DNA of 64,000 bases. It comes from Mobula hypostoma (Eukaryota). The stretch lies in assembly GCF_963921235.1 (NCBI RefSeq), contig NC_086097.1, positions 34,350,001 to 34,414,000 of the forward strand. The letters run 5' to 3'. The notes below the pieces were generated by a model. It did no database searches and was not told where the DNA came from. It saw only the letters and a list, made by a program, of their open reading frames with translations. Positions 24,481 through 36,609 of this stretch are shown here, one piece after another; within the stretch, counting starts at the first letter, position 1; each line of letters opens with the position of its first letter. Made by a program: the position numbers and the translations under genes.

Positions 24481-27149
24481 TACTTTTATGATGTTGCTTT
24501 CTAATTTGTGCCTTAGCTGATTAAATTCTTTCAGTAGATCCTCAGATCCCATCCCATCTATGTTACCGGTTCCCTCTTGAACCAGGACAAGTTGATATTG
24601 CCCCTCCCACTATAAATTTCCCCCCAGCCCATGGGAGAAGGTCTTAAACTTGGCAGTGGGCAGGCAAAAATGTCCCCAGGACACATTCTACTGCAGAGAT
24701 CAACATTATCTCCCTAATAATGCTATCCCCTGTTATGACTAGATTCCTTTTCATGAATGGCTCCCAGTCTGATGCATTCTAGTGTCCAAAGCTCAGACAC
24801 CTACTCATCAACTCTGAGTCAAAGTTCATTTCAATAAAAGGAGGTTTTAATGCTAAAAAAGTTTGGAGTAATTTACAGGTCTCAACATCAGAGAAATGAA
24901 GATGAGGAGAGATGTTTAATTGGTGATCGCCTCTGTCATCATGCATCTCATTTCACACACTTGTCTACAGCATGAGACACCCCAATGTAATTCTCCCTTC
25001 ATTCTAACCAACTGATGAAACCTATCCTCACTTACCAGGACGCTTATGAAATGGAGTTTTGAAGATATTCACTGGCAGAGTATAGTCCTCAACTGGGAAT
25101 TGCTTGCCAGTTCTATGCAAGTAACAGAGGCTGGATTTCACAAAGTGACAGGGGTCAAGATATTTTCCCTTCAATGAAATGTTGTGAAAGATACCATCTG
25201 AATGTTAATAGTATTTAAATACGATCTCCTAGAGCGTTCAGACAGACCTGGAACTGAAAGCTGACAGCGATGGTATTTTTAGCATATTTCTGCAGCATAA
25301 ATAGTTTTGTTTTCCATATTTATGGTAACTACGTTGATCATATGAAATGGAGCAGACTCCGATTTAAGAAATTCAAGCAATAGCACATTAAAAATTAAAT
25401 TCATTTCATCATTAAAGCACCATTTAGTACATAAAATATAGTGGTCCCCTGAAGGCAATGGAGTGAGACAGGACTCGCAAAACAGAAGTTTTTCACATGA
25501 AGAGATTTAGAAGCAAAATAAGAAAAAGTTTCAAAGTTGTGCTCAAGACCCTGTTGAAAAGGAGTGTAACATCTTCACCAATGTCTGGGAAACCCTGAGC
25601 CCATGATCCCTTAAAGTACGGAAGAATGTTTAGATTGGCACTTAAAACCTCAAGGCTATGCATTCCCAGCATACCCAAGCCCACAAAGAGCAGAGAGAGT
25701 TCTACCCATCCGGATGCCTTATTAAGCACCTCCAGCTTCATCTGTGCTAAACTAAAATTAGGATTAAATTTTGGTCAAAATGGTAGAGCTTAAAGGCCAT
25801 CTTAAAAAAAGAAATGAGAAAGAGAGTCAGATTTGTAAGGAGGGATTCCAGAGTTTAGGAACTTGTTGACTGAAGGCATGACCATCACTAGTATTCAAGT
25901 TTCCAGATTCAGATACTTTGGTGGGTTGTATGACAAGAGCAGATATCAAGGATATGGAAAGATGAAAACAAGACAAAGGGCAGCAGTAGGACATTTGGCC
26001 CATTGAGTCTATTTGTATGGAGACATCTGAAAAGTAGGGTGAAGTTTCTGAAACAATGTGTGGTTTATTTAGGAACCAATGTAGGGACAGGTAAGTGGGC
26101 TTCAGTGTACATTAGACACAGATAACAATATTTACCAATACCCCAATAAAAACTGTGCATTTTAACTCCAAATAGCAAGATGGCAATTTTGTCTCGAATG
26201 TGTCACCCATTTGAAATATTTAATTGTTTAATGGATGTTGATGTTTGACATCCTTTTTGCAGGGAAATTTGATCTAGTTGGAGCAAGCACAACCATCTAC
26301 TGGAAGAGAACAATTGTGCTAATTTGCATTAAGGCACAGTGAAGGTATATCCAAAAGGATTGAGGATTATTTACAAGATAATGCATTAACTACTCACATA
26401 TTGAGACTCTAAACTAAATGTTCCAAACCAAGAATAAGAGAAGCAGGCATACCACTCAATTCTGCTGTCAAATATAAACTTTCACACATAGAAAAAGAAA
26501 GCAGCTTGTTCCCTGTTTAGATATACTTAGAAATGTCAGAAAAAGCAGAGCATGGAGACGACAACAGTAAACGAGATTTCACTAATAAGCTGCAAAATAA
26601 CAAGCCACAAAATAAGAGAGAACAGATACTTAACACGACAAAGCAACAAGATAACTGAAAACTTGGAAATGATTGAGGCTGGCGGATTCATATGAGCGAA
26701 CAAGGACTGTGAATGTGAGTTGGGTTTAAAAAGGCTGCAGGTGATGATTTGGACATGAGTGGCAGGTGACACCTATTAGCTGGGTGGAGACTGGGAGGTG
26801 CCTGCCTGTACAGACCAGACTGGACTCCCCTCCTATGGTCAGCACCCTAGAGGCCAGGGCAATCTGGATGAGTCGTTGTGGAGCTCTTCAATGAACAATG
26901 GATCCAAGTTGAAACCGGACAGCACCCAAGACCTATGGACAGTGCCCTTCCTAGTCCACCAAGTACTGCACTCCCCATCCACAATGACGTGTGTCCATCA
27001 ACCTGCAAACAACGCACAATAGACCACCTTCCACTGTTCTTGGTTCTGGAGATGCAAGGGTGGGTTGAGTGGTCCATGGGTAATGGGCTTGAGATACGAC
27101 ACGTGGAAGGCAGGTGTGATCCTGAGGGATGGTGCCAGCTGCAGACGGT

Positions 27150-28265
27150 AAGATAAGGATGCAGAGAGCTGGGGGCGATGTATTAGCATGGATAGAGAAT
27201 TGCTTATCCAACAGAAAGCAGAGAGTTGGGACACATGGGTGTTTCTCTGGTTGGCAATCAGTAGTGAGTGGTGTGCCACAGGGTTTGGTGCTGGGCCCAC
27301 AACTGTTCATCATATACATTAACGATCCAGAAGAGGGGACCGAGTGCAGTGTTTCCAAGTTTGCTGATGACACTAAATTAAGAGGAAAAGCAAATAGTGC
27401 AGGGGATACGGAGAGTCTGCAGAGGGATATAGATAGGTTAAGTGAGTGGGCAAGGGTCTGGCAGATGGAGTACAATGTTGGTAAGTGTGAGGCCATCCAC
27501 TTTGGAAGGAAAAACGGAAGATCAGATTATTATTTAAATGGTAAAAGATTGCAGTATGCTGCTGTGCAGAATGAATTGGAAGTGCTTGTGCATGAATTGC
27601 AAAAGTTTGGTTTGCAGGTGCAGCAGGCTATCAAGAAGGCAAATGGAATGATGGCTTTCATTGTTAGAGGGACTGAAATTAAGAGCAAAGAGGTTATGCT
27701 GCAACTGTACAGGGTACTGGTGAGGCCACACCTGGAGTATTGCGTGCAGTTCTGGTCTCCTTACTTGAGGAAGGATATACTGGCTTTGGAGGCGGTGCAG
27801 AGGAGGTTCACCAGGTTGATTCCAGGGATGAAGGGGTTGGACTATGAGGAGAGATTGAGTTGCCTAGGATTGTACTCGCTGGAATTCAGAAGGATGAAAG
27901 ATTTGATTGAAAAATATAAAATTATGAAAGGGATAGATAAGATAGAGGCAGGAATGTTGTTTCCACTGGTAGGTGAGTCTAGAACTAGGAGACATAGCCT
28001 CAAGATTCGGGGGAGTAGATTTAGGATAGAGATAAGGAGGAGCTGGTTTTTCCAAAGAGTGGTGAATCTGTGGAATTCTCTGCCCAATGAAGTAGTGGAG
28101 GCTACCTCAGTAAATATATTTAAGACAAGACTGGATAGATTTTTGCATAGTAGGAACATTAAGGGTTATGGGGAAAAGGGAGGCAGGTGAAGATGAGTCC
28201 ATGGCCAGATCAGCCATGATCTTATTGATTGGTGGAGCAGGCTCAATGGGCCGGATGGACTACTC
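27150..28265 (+). mobile_element. 5'-truncated CR1 LINE nested in the Gypsy integrase
   Basis: ORF 27129..28190 (SGVPQGLVLGPQLF; KFADDTKL; LYRVLVRPHLEYCVQFWSP). Confidence 0.95.
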
Positions 28266-30165
28266 CATGCGGAAGTTGGTGCACAGCCAGACGTGGTCCC
28301 CAGGACGGAGCAGTCTGGCAGAGTGCCAACGATGGTTGGCCTGGCAGCAGTAGGCACAAATGGTGGTTAGGATGGCCCTCCATGCCCTCTTCCAAGTATT
28401 CCAGCATTAACAAACAAGTGTCCTGGTGTTCAGGACCTCCACCATTGGCTCCTCCGCAGGGAACAATAGCTGCTGGTAGCCAAGAAGCAGTTCTGTGGCA
28501 GAGGAAGTTTGTAGATTGAGGACCCACCCAGAGCAGATGCTTCTTCCACGTGGAAGGGTTAGAGGTGGCAAAGCATCGCAGAAACTTCTCCACTTGCTGA
28601 TTGGCTCTTTCTGACTGAACATTGACCTGCGGATGATAGCCAGAGGTCAAACTCACTCAGCTGTGGGCCCCGGTCTGACAAAATGTCTTGGGGAAGCTGG
28701 GAGAACAATGAAGTTGGCTGCCTTGGAGAAACGGTTAACCACCATCTTGATCACCATGGCCCCATTGGAAGGTGGCAAACCCGAGATGAAATATATGGCA
28801 ATGTGGGATCATAGTCATTGAGGGACCATCCGGGGTCTCAGGAGCCCAGAGGGCTACTGATTGGAGGAATTCTACAGGGCACATTGAGGGCAGGTGGTGA
28901 TGAACTGACATACAGTACATCTGCAATCATGGTGGGCCACCAAAACCAGCATCGTAGGAAATCCAGGATCCGTTGTGTGCCTGACTGATCGGAGAGGGGT
29001 GAGGAGTAGGTCCACTGGAGTGTTTCAGAATGCACTGCCGCCAGCACGTACACATGGTCGTCAGGTGAGTCAGCTGGAGCAGGCTTGTGCTGTACGGCCT
29101 GGCGGATCCAGTTGTCAAGGTCCCAGACGATCAGGGTGAGGATCTGGGAGGAAGGAATGATGGGCTGAGGGTCAATCTCCATTTCAGCTTGGTCAAACAG
29201 TCAATGACAGGGCATCTACCTTATTGTTCTTAGAGCTGGGTCAGTAGGAGATGATGAAATTGAATTGTTCCAAGCAGAGGTCCCAGCGAGTTGAGTTGGC
29301 GGGTTGAGTTGAGCTGAGTCCAGATCAGGAAGAGTTTGTTGTTTTCCATCAACCAATGTCTTCATTCCTTCAAGGCCCATTTAATGGCGAGTAGCTCCCT
29401 GTCTCCTACACCATAACGGGGCTGTGTAGAGTTAAACTTGCACAAAAAGAAGGTACAAGGTGTGTCTTCCCATCCAGACCTCACCGGGAGATGATGGCCC
29501 CACCACCCATGTCAGGTGTGTCCACCTCTAACAGGAAAGGTGTGGGAGGGTTCGGATGGTGGAGAATGAGAGTTTGGTGAAGTGTCTCTTGAGCTCCTCA
29601 AAAGTTCTGCCATGGCAGCGGACCAGGTTATCCATGAGGTGTCTTGGTGACTGAGAGGAGCAATGACTTGGCAGTAGTTTCTAATGAAACAGCAGTAGAA
29701 GTTGGAGAAGCCCAAAAACTGGTGTGACCATTTGAGGGAATGCAGTCGGAGCCATTTAATGATGACGCGCACATTTTCTGGGTCCATGGATATGCCTTGG
29801 GATGAAAGGACTTAATCCAAGAAGGAAATCACCGGGGTGTGGAATTGGTATTTCTCCATCTTGGTCTTGGGGGTCCTTGGAGAAGATGATGATGTCATTG
29901 AAGTCATCAAACCATATCTAAGTAACATGTCTAAATTTCATTGATGGCTTGGAAAAAGGCTGGACTGTTGCAAGGTCCAAAAGGCATCACCCAGTTTTCA
30001 TAGTTGCCAGTAGGCATTATGAACATGTCTTCCACTCATCCTCTGGTAGATGTGGACGTGGATTAGATTGTACCTGCTCCTTAGATCTAGATTCAAAAGC
30101 AACATTCATCGAAGGGAGAGGGTAGCAGTTCTTAATGGTGATTTTATTGAGTTCATGGTAGTCTT

Positions 30166-30338
30166 ATCTTGTCTTGTCCATACTGCACCAACCGCCGCCA
30201 CTGGGCTATAAACGTGCAGGAGCAATGTGTGGTTAAGTGCCTTGCTCAAGGACACAACACGCTGCCTCAGCTGAGGCTCGAACTCATGACCTTCAGATCA
30301 CTAGTCCAATGCCTTAACCACTTGGCCATGCACCAACA
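30166..30338 (-). mobile_element. tRNA-derived SINE, short-tail variant, nested in Gypsy RT
   Basis: Minus strand has an A box (tggccaagtgg), a B box (agttcgagcc), a CORE-like gtgtccttgagcaaggcacttaacc and a (caaga)n tail. It splits the Gypsy CIDY codons. Confidence 0.8.
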
Positions 30339-31216
30339 CTCAATGCAGGGACAGAGACACCTATCTTTCTTTTTGACAGAGAAGAATCCTGTACCAGATA
30401 GTCGAATGAAGCCATGCTATAGCAATTCAGTGATGTAGTCTTTCAAAGCCTGGATCTCAGGAGGGAAGAAGGAAAACCGACATTCTAGCAGAAGATTGGT
30501 GCCCAGGAGGAGGTCGGTCACATAGTTGTGTGGTCTGTGAAGTGACAGGGTGCCGGCTTCCCCTTTAATGAAGTTGATTGCTCCTCTCATTCCCCTCACC
30601 CGGTCTGTCAGCACAGACTATGCTTTTGAGGAGCTTGTGGTATTCCTACAGGAGTTTAGTGAGATCCCTCTGACTCCACAGACTTACAGGGTTAAGTGAG
30701 ATGAGACTGCAGGCAGGTGGGTTCTCAACTCAGCAGTGAACCGGATGACCAGGTGAGGTGAGGGTCATGAGTGGAGAGTCAGCAGTAACCCAAGATGAGA
30801 GGGGTGTTGGGTGAGTCGATCCGAAGGAATTGGATGGACTCATGCAGCAATGCGACGCTCATGTGCACAGACCCCAAAGGACATCCATCAATGGCCGTGA
30901 TGCAGAAGGGGTGAGAGACAGGCCTTGTAGGGAGTCCAAACTGCACACGCAGTTCAGTGCAGAAAGTTGCCAGCTGCACCTGAAGCCTCCTGTGCAAGCA
31001 GACCTGTCAGGGGTGGAGGTGGACAGAGAGAATGAGTCGGGCTGTGGTGCTGGAATGAGGAGTGAGGTTGGGGGGAGCTTACCAGATAAAAGGCCCCTCA
31101 TCTCTACCTGGATGCTCCGTCCCGTATGCGGTGTGCATTTGATGTGTTTGTGATGTGTAGTAAGCACACAAGTTGTTTAATATATATTTATATTTATATT
31201 TAATATATATTTGGTC

Positions 31217-31838
31217 AGGAGAAGAAGATGGCGGCGCGCCACGCGTGCACAGCTCTCCGGTGAAAATGATGTCGTATCTATTAAATAGGGGCCGTGGACA
31301 ATTCTGATTTGATGGAGAATGGACATGAAAGCACAGAGGAACATCCGGAGAAATTTCTGAAACGCCTGTTCGCTGCTGTCGTTACTGCGCGGTTGGGAAT
31401 CTTTCAGAGGGTAGGCCTCAAAATCCACGGCTTTGCCTGCTTTTGGCGACTGAGAAGGAGGTCAAATTGTTCGGACAGAGATGGCGCTCAGTACTCAGTG
31501 TCGGAGAGCTGATCAGAGCTTGAAGTTCTTGGATGACTCAGAGTCGGACTGTGATCGGGCATGGCAGGGAGAGTTTTCCTTCCTTCTCCCATCTGTGTGA
31601 GATGTGGGACATTTGAGAAACTTTGAACTTTACTGTGCTCATGGACTTCTTCATCAAGTTATGGTATTGTTACACTGTTTGTAACTATAAGTTATAATTA
31701 TGTGGTTTTGTCAGTTTTTTCAGTCTTGGTTTGCCCTGTGTTTTGTGATATCACACCGGAGGAAATAATGTATCATTTCTTAATGCATGCATTACTAAAT
31801 GACAATAAAAGAGGACTGTGTGTCTTCATAATCATATC
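31217..31838 (+). mobile_element. Non-autonomous retroelement family A, second copy, in Gypsy gag
   Basis: Collinear with 18062-18724; starts gaagaagatggcggcg. Confidence 0.75.
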
Positions 31839-32599
31839 ATTACCACTGACGCTCATGCTTTTGGGGGGTTAAGGTAGCTCTCCTGACTGGACAGGTTCTG
31901 GAGGCATTGCTGATGAGGGCCCTACAGTCTGAAAAGGTTCTGGGAATGGAACTGGGGCTCTGGATGATGATCTGGAGGGCCATTCCTTCAGATGCCAGTT
32001 AATTTGGAGGGCTAGACTGATTAGGCTTTCGAGGTCAGTGGGCATCTCCAGGATAGGCAGTTCATTTTCCAAGCACAGCGAAAGGCTGTGATAATAATAG
32101 TCCAACAGTGTTTCCACATACCAGCTGCACTCTGCTGCTAGAGGCCTGAATTCCACGGTGTAATCCAGCACCAACCGAGAGCCTTGACACAGTCAAAGTA
32201 CCTGATCTTCTGCCTTCCATCCACTTTCCAGATGGTTAAAAACCCAGTGTATCTCAGCAATAACATCTTCAAATTTATTGCAAGTGGTGGCTTTATTGTC
32301 CCAGTTAGCAGTGGCACAGGTCAGAGGTCACTCAGTTGAAAGAGAAATGACAAAAGCAATTTTGGCTGGGTCTATAACATAAGGAGTTGGCGGGAGCTCA
32401 AAGTGTAGGACGCACTGGGACAGAAAGTTGCGGCATCGAGTTGGGGATCCATCAAAGCGTTTGGGCACCGTAATCCAAGAGAGAGAGACAACCTTTGCCA
32501 TCAAATATGGGTCATGTATAGGATGAAAGGAAAGCCACTGGGAAAGAGGTCTCCCTGCATGGTTAAGATAGATAGATAGATAGATAGTTTATTCGTCCC

Positions 32600-32882
32600 A
32601 CATGGGCACATGGCCAAGTGGTTAAGGCATTCGACTAGCAATCTGAAGGTCGCTGGTTCAAGACCCAGCCAAGGCACTTAACCACACATTGCTCTGCGAT
32701 GACACTGGTGCCAAGCAGTATCAGCCCTAGTGCCCTTCCCTTGGAGAACATCACTGTCGTGGAGAGGGGAGATTTGCAGCATGCTGGTCTTCCATACAAC
32801 CTTGCCCAGGCCTGTACCCTGGAGAGTGAAGACTTTCCAGGTGCAGATCCATGGTCTCACAAGACTAACAGATGCCTTTTTT
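32600..32882 (+). mobile_element. tRNA-derived SINE, long-tail variant
   Basis: A box tggccaagtgg, B box ggttcaagacc. TSD tttattcgtccca / tttattggtccca. Homologous to 62540-62849. Confidence 0.85.
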
Positions 32883-32907
32883 TTTATTGGTCCCAAAGAA
32901 AATTACA

Positions 32908-33755
32908 GGGTTTCAAAGATTTCAAAGGTACATTTTATATCAGAGAAATGTATACAAATTACATCCTGAAATACTTTTTCTTCACAAACATCCATGAAAA
33001 CAGAGTGCCCCCAAAGAATGAATGACAGTTAAATGTTAGAACTCCTTAAATGTTAGAACCCCAAACCCCCCCCAGCTCCCCCCCATGCACAAGCAGCAAC
33101 AAAGCAACGATCCCACCTCCCCACCAGCAAAAAAAGCATCGGCACCCCTCACCGAGCACTCAATCGTGCAGCAAAGCATCAATAAGAACACAGACCTGCA
33201 GTACCCCAAAGACTACTCATTTACCCGGTATTTGCCATACCACAGGCTCTCCCTCTCCCTGATACAGGAAAAAGAGGTGTCCCCATTTCACAGCGAGAGG
33301 GGAGACATAACAAACAATCGCTGACTTACGATGTTAAAAGTCTGTTACACCGCTTTTTCCGTGCTCTCTGTCCAAAGAACTCGGGTCTCTGGGCACACAG
33401 CCAGCAGCCAGCTCGCTGCTTTCGATCTTCCGTCTCCCACAACACACCAATTTCCTGTGGAGGCACCAATCTCAAGTTTGCCCACTTCCAGAGCCACGAA
33501 ATCTCAAAACCCCGGAGATGTGCTAGTCTTCTAGGCCGCGTCCTTGGTATGTCGAATAGCGGCCAGTCGTGAGACCCCGAGAGCAGGTTCCATTCCCGCA
33601 AAGAACCGAAGTCAGCATGTAACTCCAGGTCAGGGTCTTCAAAAGAACCCTGAAAGGGAAAAGTAGAGATATTAAAGATAGAAATAGAGCTGTTTCTGAA
33701 GATGCAAGCAGAGGAGTTGCCGTTAGGCGCCATTGTCTTCTAAGCTCCACCCCTA
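32908..33755 (-). mobile_element. Non-autonomous ORF-less retroelement, family B (longest copy)
   Basis: 3' half is collinear with 40140-40722 and 54262-54648; (ctttgaaa)n-like tail; 5' end agaagacaatggcgcc. Confidence 0.7.
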
Positions 33756-35384
33756 GTGTCACAGTACTATTACAAGTGCACAGATATACAAATATTAGAA
33801 GAGAAGTAAGAAGGAATAAAAAATAAGTTACCTCAAATAGACCAACAGGAGGGGGTGTTATCACTTCCCTGGCTACAGGCTGACTCCTCGTAGAGCTTAA
33901 TGGCCAAGGGTAAGAATGACCTCATATGACACTCCTTGAAGCAGCATGGTTCTTTCAGTCTATTACTGAAAGTGCTCTTCTGTTCAGCCAAGGTGGCATA
34001 CAGAGGGTGAGAAACATTGTCCAGAATTGCCAGGATTTTCTGTAGGGTCCTTTGTTCTACCACAGCCTCCAGTGTGTCCAGTTTGACTCCTATAACAGAG
34101 CCAGCCTTTCTAATCAGTTTATTGAGCCAGAGTAGAGTAACTGGTGATCAGATGGGAACAGCCTTCTCATTGTCTCCAGTGAAATGCCTTTTGCATTAGG
34201 CCATGTAAAAAATAATAGAAACATAGAAAACCTACAGCACAATGCAGACCCCTGGGCCCACAATGCTGCGCTGAACATGTCCTAATTATAAAACAGTGGA
34301 AAGCCAAACAAAATGAGGGCAAGAAAAGTTCAAAAGACCTACTTTACCTATTTCAGGGTCGAAGAGGGAACCATGAAAGACTGTCACACATCAGAGTTAA
34401 GCTTATCCCACGCCCCATTTCACAGACATCCAAGTACCACGTGCTATCTTGTATGAATCCAGATCAGTCTACATTTTCTTCCACGTGCACAATTGTACAA
34501 AAACCCTGAGCTGCAGATGTACATTCACATATACAGTGCATGAGTTGGGAGCAGGAGTGCACCACATACTCCTCTATCCTGTTCCACCATTTAATAAGAT
34601 CATGGTGAACCTGACTGTAACCTCAAACCCACAATCCTACCTACCCCTGGTAGAGTCATTGCCCACGCTTATCAAGAATGTATAATGCCTCTACATTAAA
34701 AATATTCAAAGATTGTAGATCCAATACATTTTAAGGAAGAGAGTTGCAAAGACTCACGATCTTCTGAGAGAAAAGCAAGTCACCTCAACTCTGTTCCAAT
34801 CCTTTTATTAAAAGAAGTGTTCTGTGGTTCTCTCACAAGTGGAAATATCCTCCCTACATCAGTCCTGTCAAGAACCATCAGAATGGCATAAGTTTCACTC
34901 GTGGCATTTCAGTCTTGGAAACTCCAATGGTTGTACTTCAACTGTCTAATCCTTCCTCATAGGAGAGCCTGCTGTTTCCAGGCATTCATCTTAATGTGCC
35001 AGCACCTCAAACTCCTTCTCCCAGATGCATAAATTCTTAAACATTTCTTAAAAATTCAGCAATCTATTAATAAGTATATTTTAATCTTTCCATTCCGGGA
35101 ACTAATTGAACATCTTAATGTAAAGACCCAATATGCTAGATTAATGGTAGTTTTCAAATCTGTCTGATTCTTCAAATGCACCTCAAAAATATTTGTGTGA
35201 AATACAAAGTAAAGTAGAAATGCAGAAAGATGTATAAAAGAGGAAATTTTACATTCAGAATAGAATTCATAGAGTTACACTGACCTTTTGGCCCTACAAC
35301 TCCATGCAACACATCCTGTATCCAATTACGGAAATCCTGCACTAATCCCTATACTCCCATAGCTCCTCCCAGATTCTTTTACTC

Positions 35385-35540
35385 AGTTACACACTAAGGG
35401 CAGTTTACTGCAGCCATTAAACCAACAGTCAGCACATCTTTGGAAAATGAGGGAAAATGGAGCATGCGGAGAAACCCATGTGGTCACAGGAAGAACATGC
35501 TAACTTCACACACAGAGCACCTAAAGTTCGGATTGAACAC
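35385..35540 (-). mobile_element. V-SINE (HE1-like) fragment
   Basis: Minus strand reads agcatgttcttcctgtgaccacatgggtttctccgcatgctcc...ttcc, resembling the V domain. Confidence 0.65.
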
Positions 35541-36608
35541 AGTTTGGGAGCAGATGTGGGAAGGAAAGGCATCGTCTAGTTCAGGAGGAGGTGAGAGCAG
35601 TAGTGTAGGAGATGAGAGCCTGCAAGGCAGTGGGGATGAAGCAACAGGGAGCTTGGACAAGATGGGAGAATGCGGTTGAGAGGAAAGTGACCAGGGCTGA
35701 TCTTTGGAAAGCCGAACCACACCGCATCCAATTTCTCATCCAGGCAGTGTACGATGTGCTCCCAAGCCCATCAAACCTGCACACGAGGCAAGGCAGAGTC
35801 ATCTGCGTGCCCACTGTGCTTCAAGCGAGGAACCCTGGAGCACATCCTCAGCGGCTGCGCAAGGGCACTTGGTGAGGGACGGTACAGGTGGAGACATGAT
35901 CAGGTCCTGAAGACCATCGCTGAAGCCGTCAGCGCAGGAGTTGAGTGGGCGAAGCGGACCCGACCCTCCAAGCAGACCATTGCCTTTGTCAGAGCTGGGG
36001 AGCAGCCAATACCTGCCAGAAGAACATCTGCAGGCATCCTGACCTCTGCAAGGGACTGGCAGCTGTTGGTGGACCTCGAACGGCAGCTGAAGTTCCCCAA
36101 CCATATCGCAGCCACCACCCTGCAACCAGACATTGTCCTAGCGTCTGAGTCTACTAAGCAAGTGGTGCTACTGGAGCTGACAGTCCCATGGGAAGATAGC
36201 TTGGAAGGGGCCTTTGAAAGGAAGCTCTCCAAGTACGCAGGACTGGTCAGCAACTGTCAGCAGGCTGGATGGAGAGCGAGGTGTCTCCCAGTGGAGATTG
36301 GTTGTAGGGGATTCGTAGCCCGTTCTTTAGTTAGAGCCTTCAGCATTTTGGGCATCGAGGGAGAGAGGAAGAGGAGAGCCATCCGCAGTACCACCGATGC
36401 GGCAGAGAGGGCCTCAAGATGGCTGTGGCTCAAAAGAGGGGAGCCATGGAGTCATAAGTAGCTAGCCATCTGGACACAAGCTGGGGTCTGATCAGCCCCG
36501 GCTGGGTCACCTGGAGGAGGTTGTATGATGTTGAAAGACCCGAAACACCCGATGATTCCAGGAACATCACTGAAGATGTGTCCAGGAGCATCAATAGATG
36601 TATGTACA
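35541..36608 (+). mobile_element. HERO-like non-LTR retrotransposon 3' end (CCHC zinc knuckle plus restriction-like endonuclease)
   Basis: QQGAWTRWE; YDVLPSPSNL; CPLC...TLEHILSGC; RYRWRHDQVL; PDIVL...LLELTVPWE...ERKLSKY; PVEIGCRGF; stop at 36461. Confidence 0.8.
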
Positions 36609-36609
36609 C

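Larger units (their letters stand above)
26534..32520 (-). mobile_element. Decayed Ty3/Gypsy chromovirus (sushi-like): gag, PR, RT, RNase H, IN, chromodomain, putative 3' LTR at about 26534-26821
   Basis: gag VLDYTVEFRPLAAECSW (31869..32174); FLGFSNFY (29512..29787); integrase SGYHPQVNVQSERANQQVEKFLRCF; YRLQLAPSLRITPAFHVSYLKP; chromodomain remnant RLMDTR..GWGVQYLVD*EG; purine tract at about 26825-26834 (minus). No 5' LTR recognised. Confidence 0.8.
32566..34130 (-). mobile_element. Rex1/Babar LINE 3' end with (ATCT)n tail, hosting two insertions
   Basis: ORF 33833..34063 (ILDNVSHPLY...FSNRL....C...MRSFLPLAIKLY); (gata)n at 32566-32587. Confidence 0.75.

Noticed and set aside
27129..28190. 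353-aa ORF as a host gene
   Set aside because: It is a CR1 RT fragment whose start codon is borrowed from flanking Gypsy sequence.
31176..31212. AT-rich quasi-palindrome
   Set aside because: Low-complexity filler at the 5' junction of a family A insertion.
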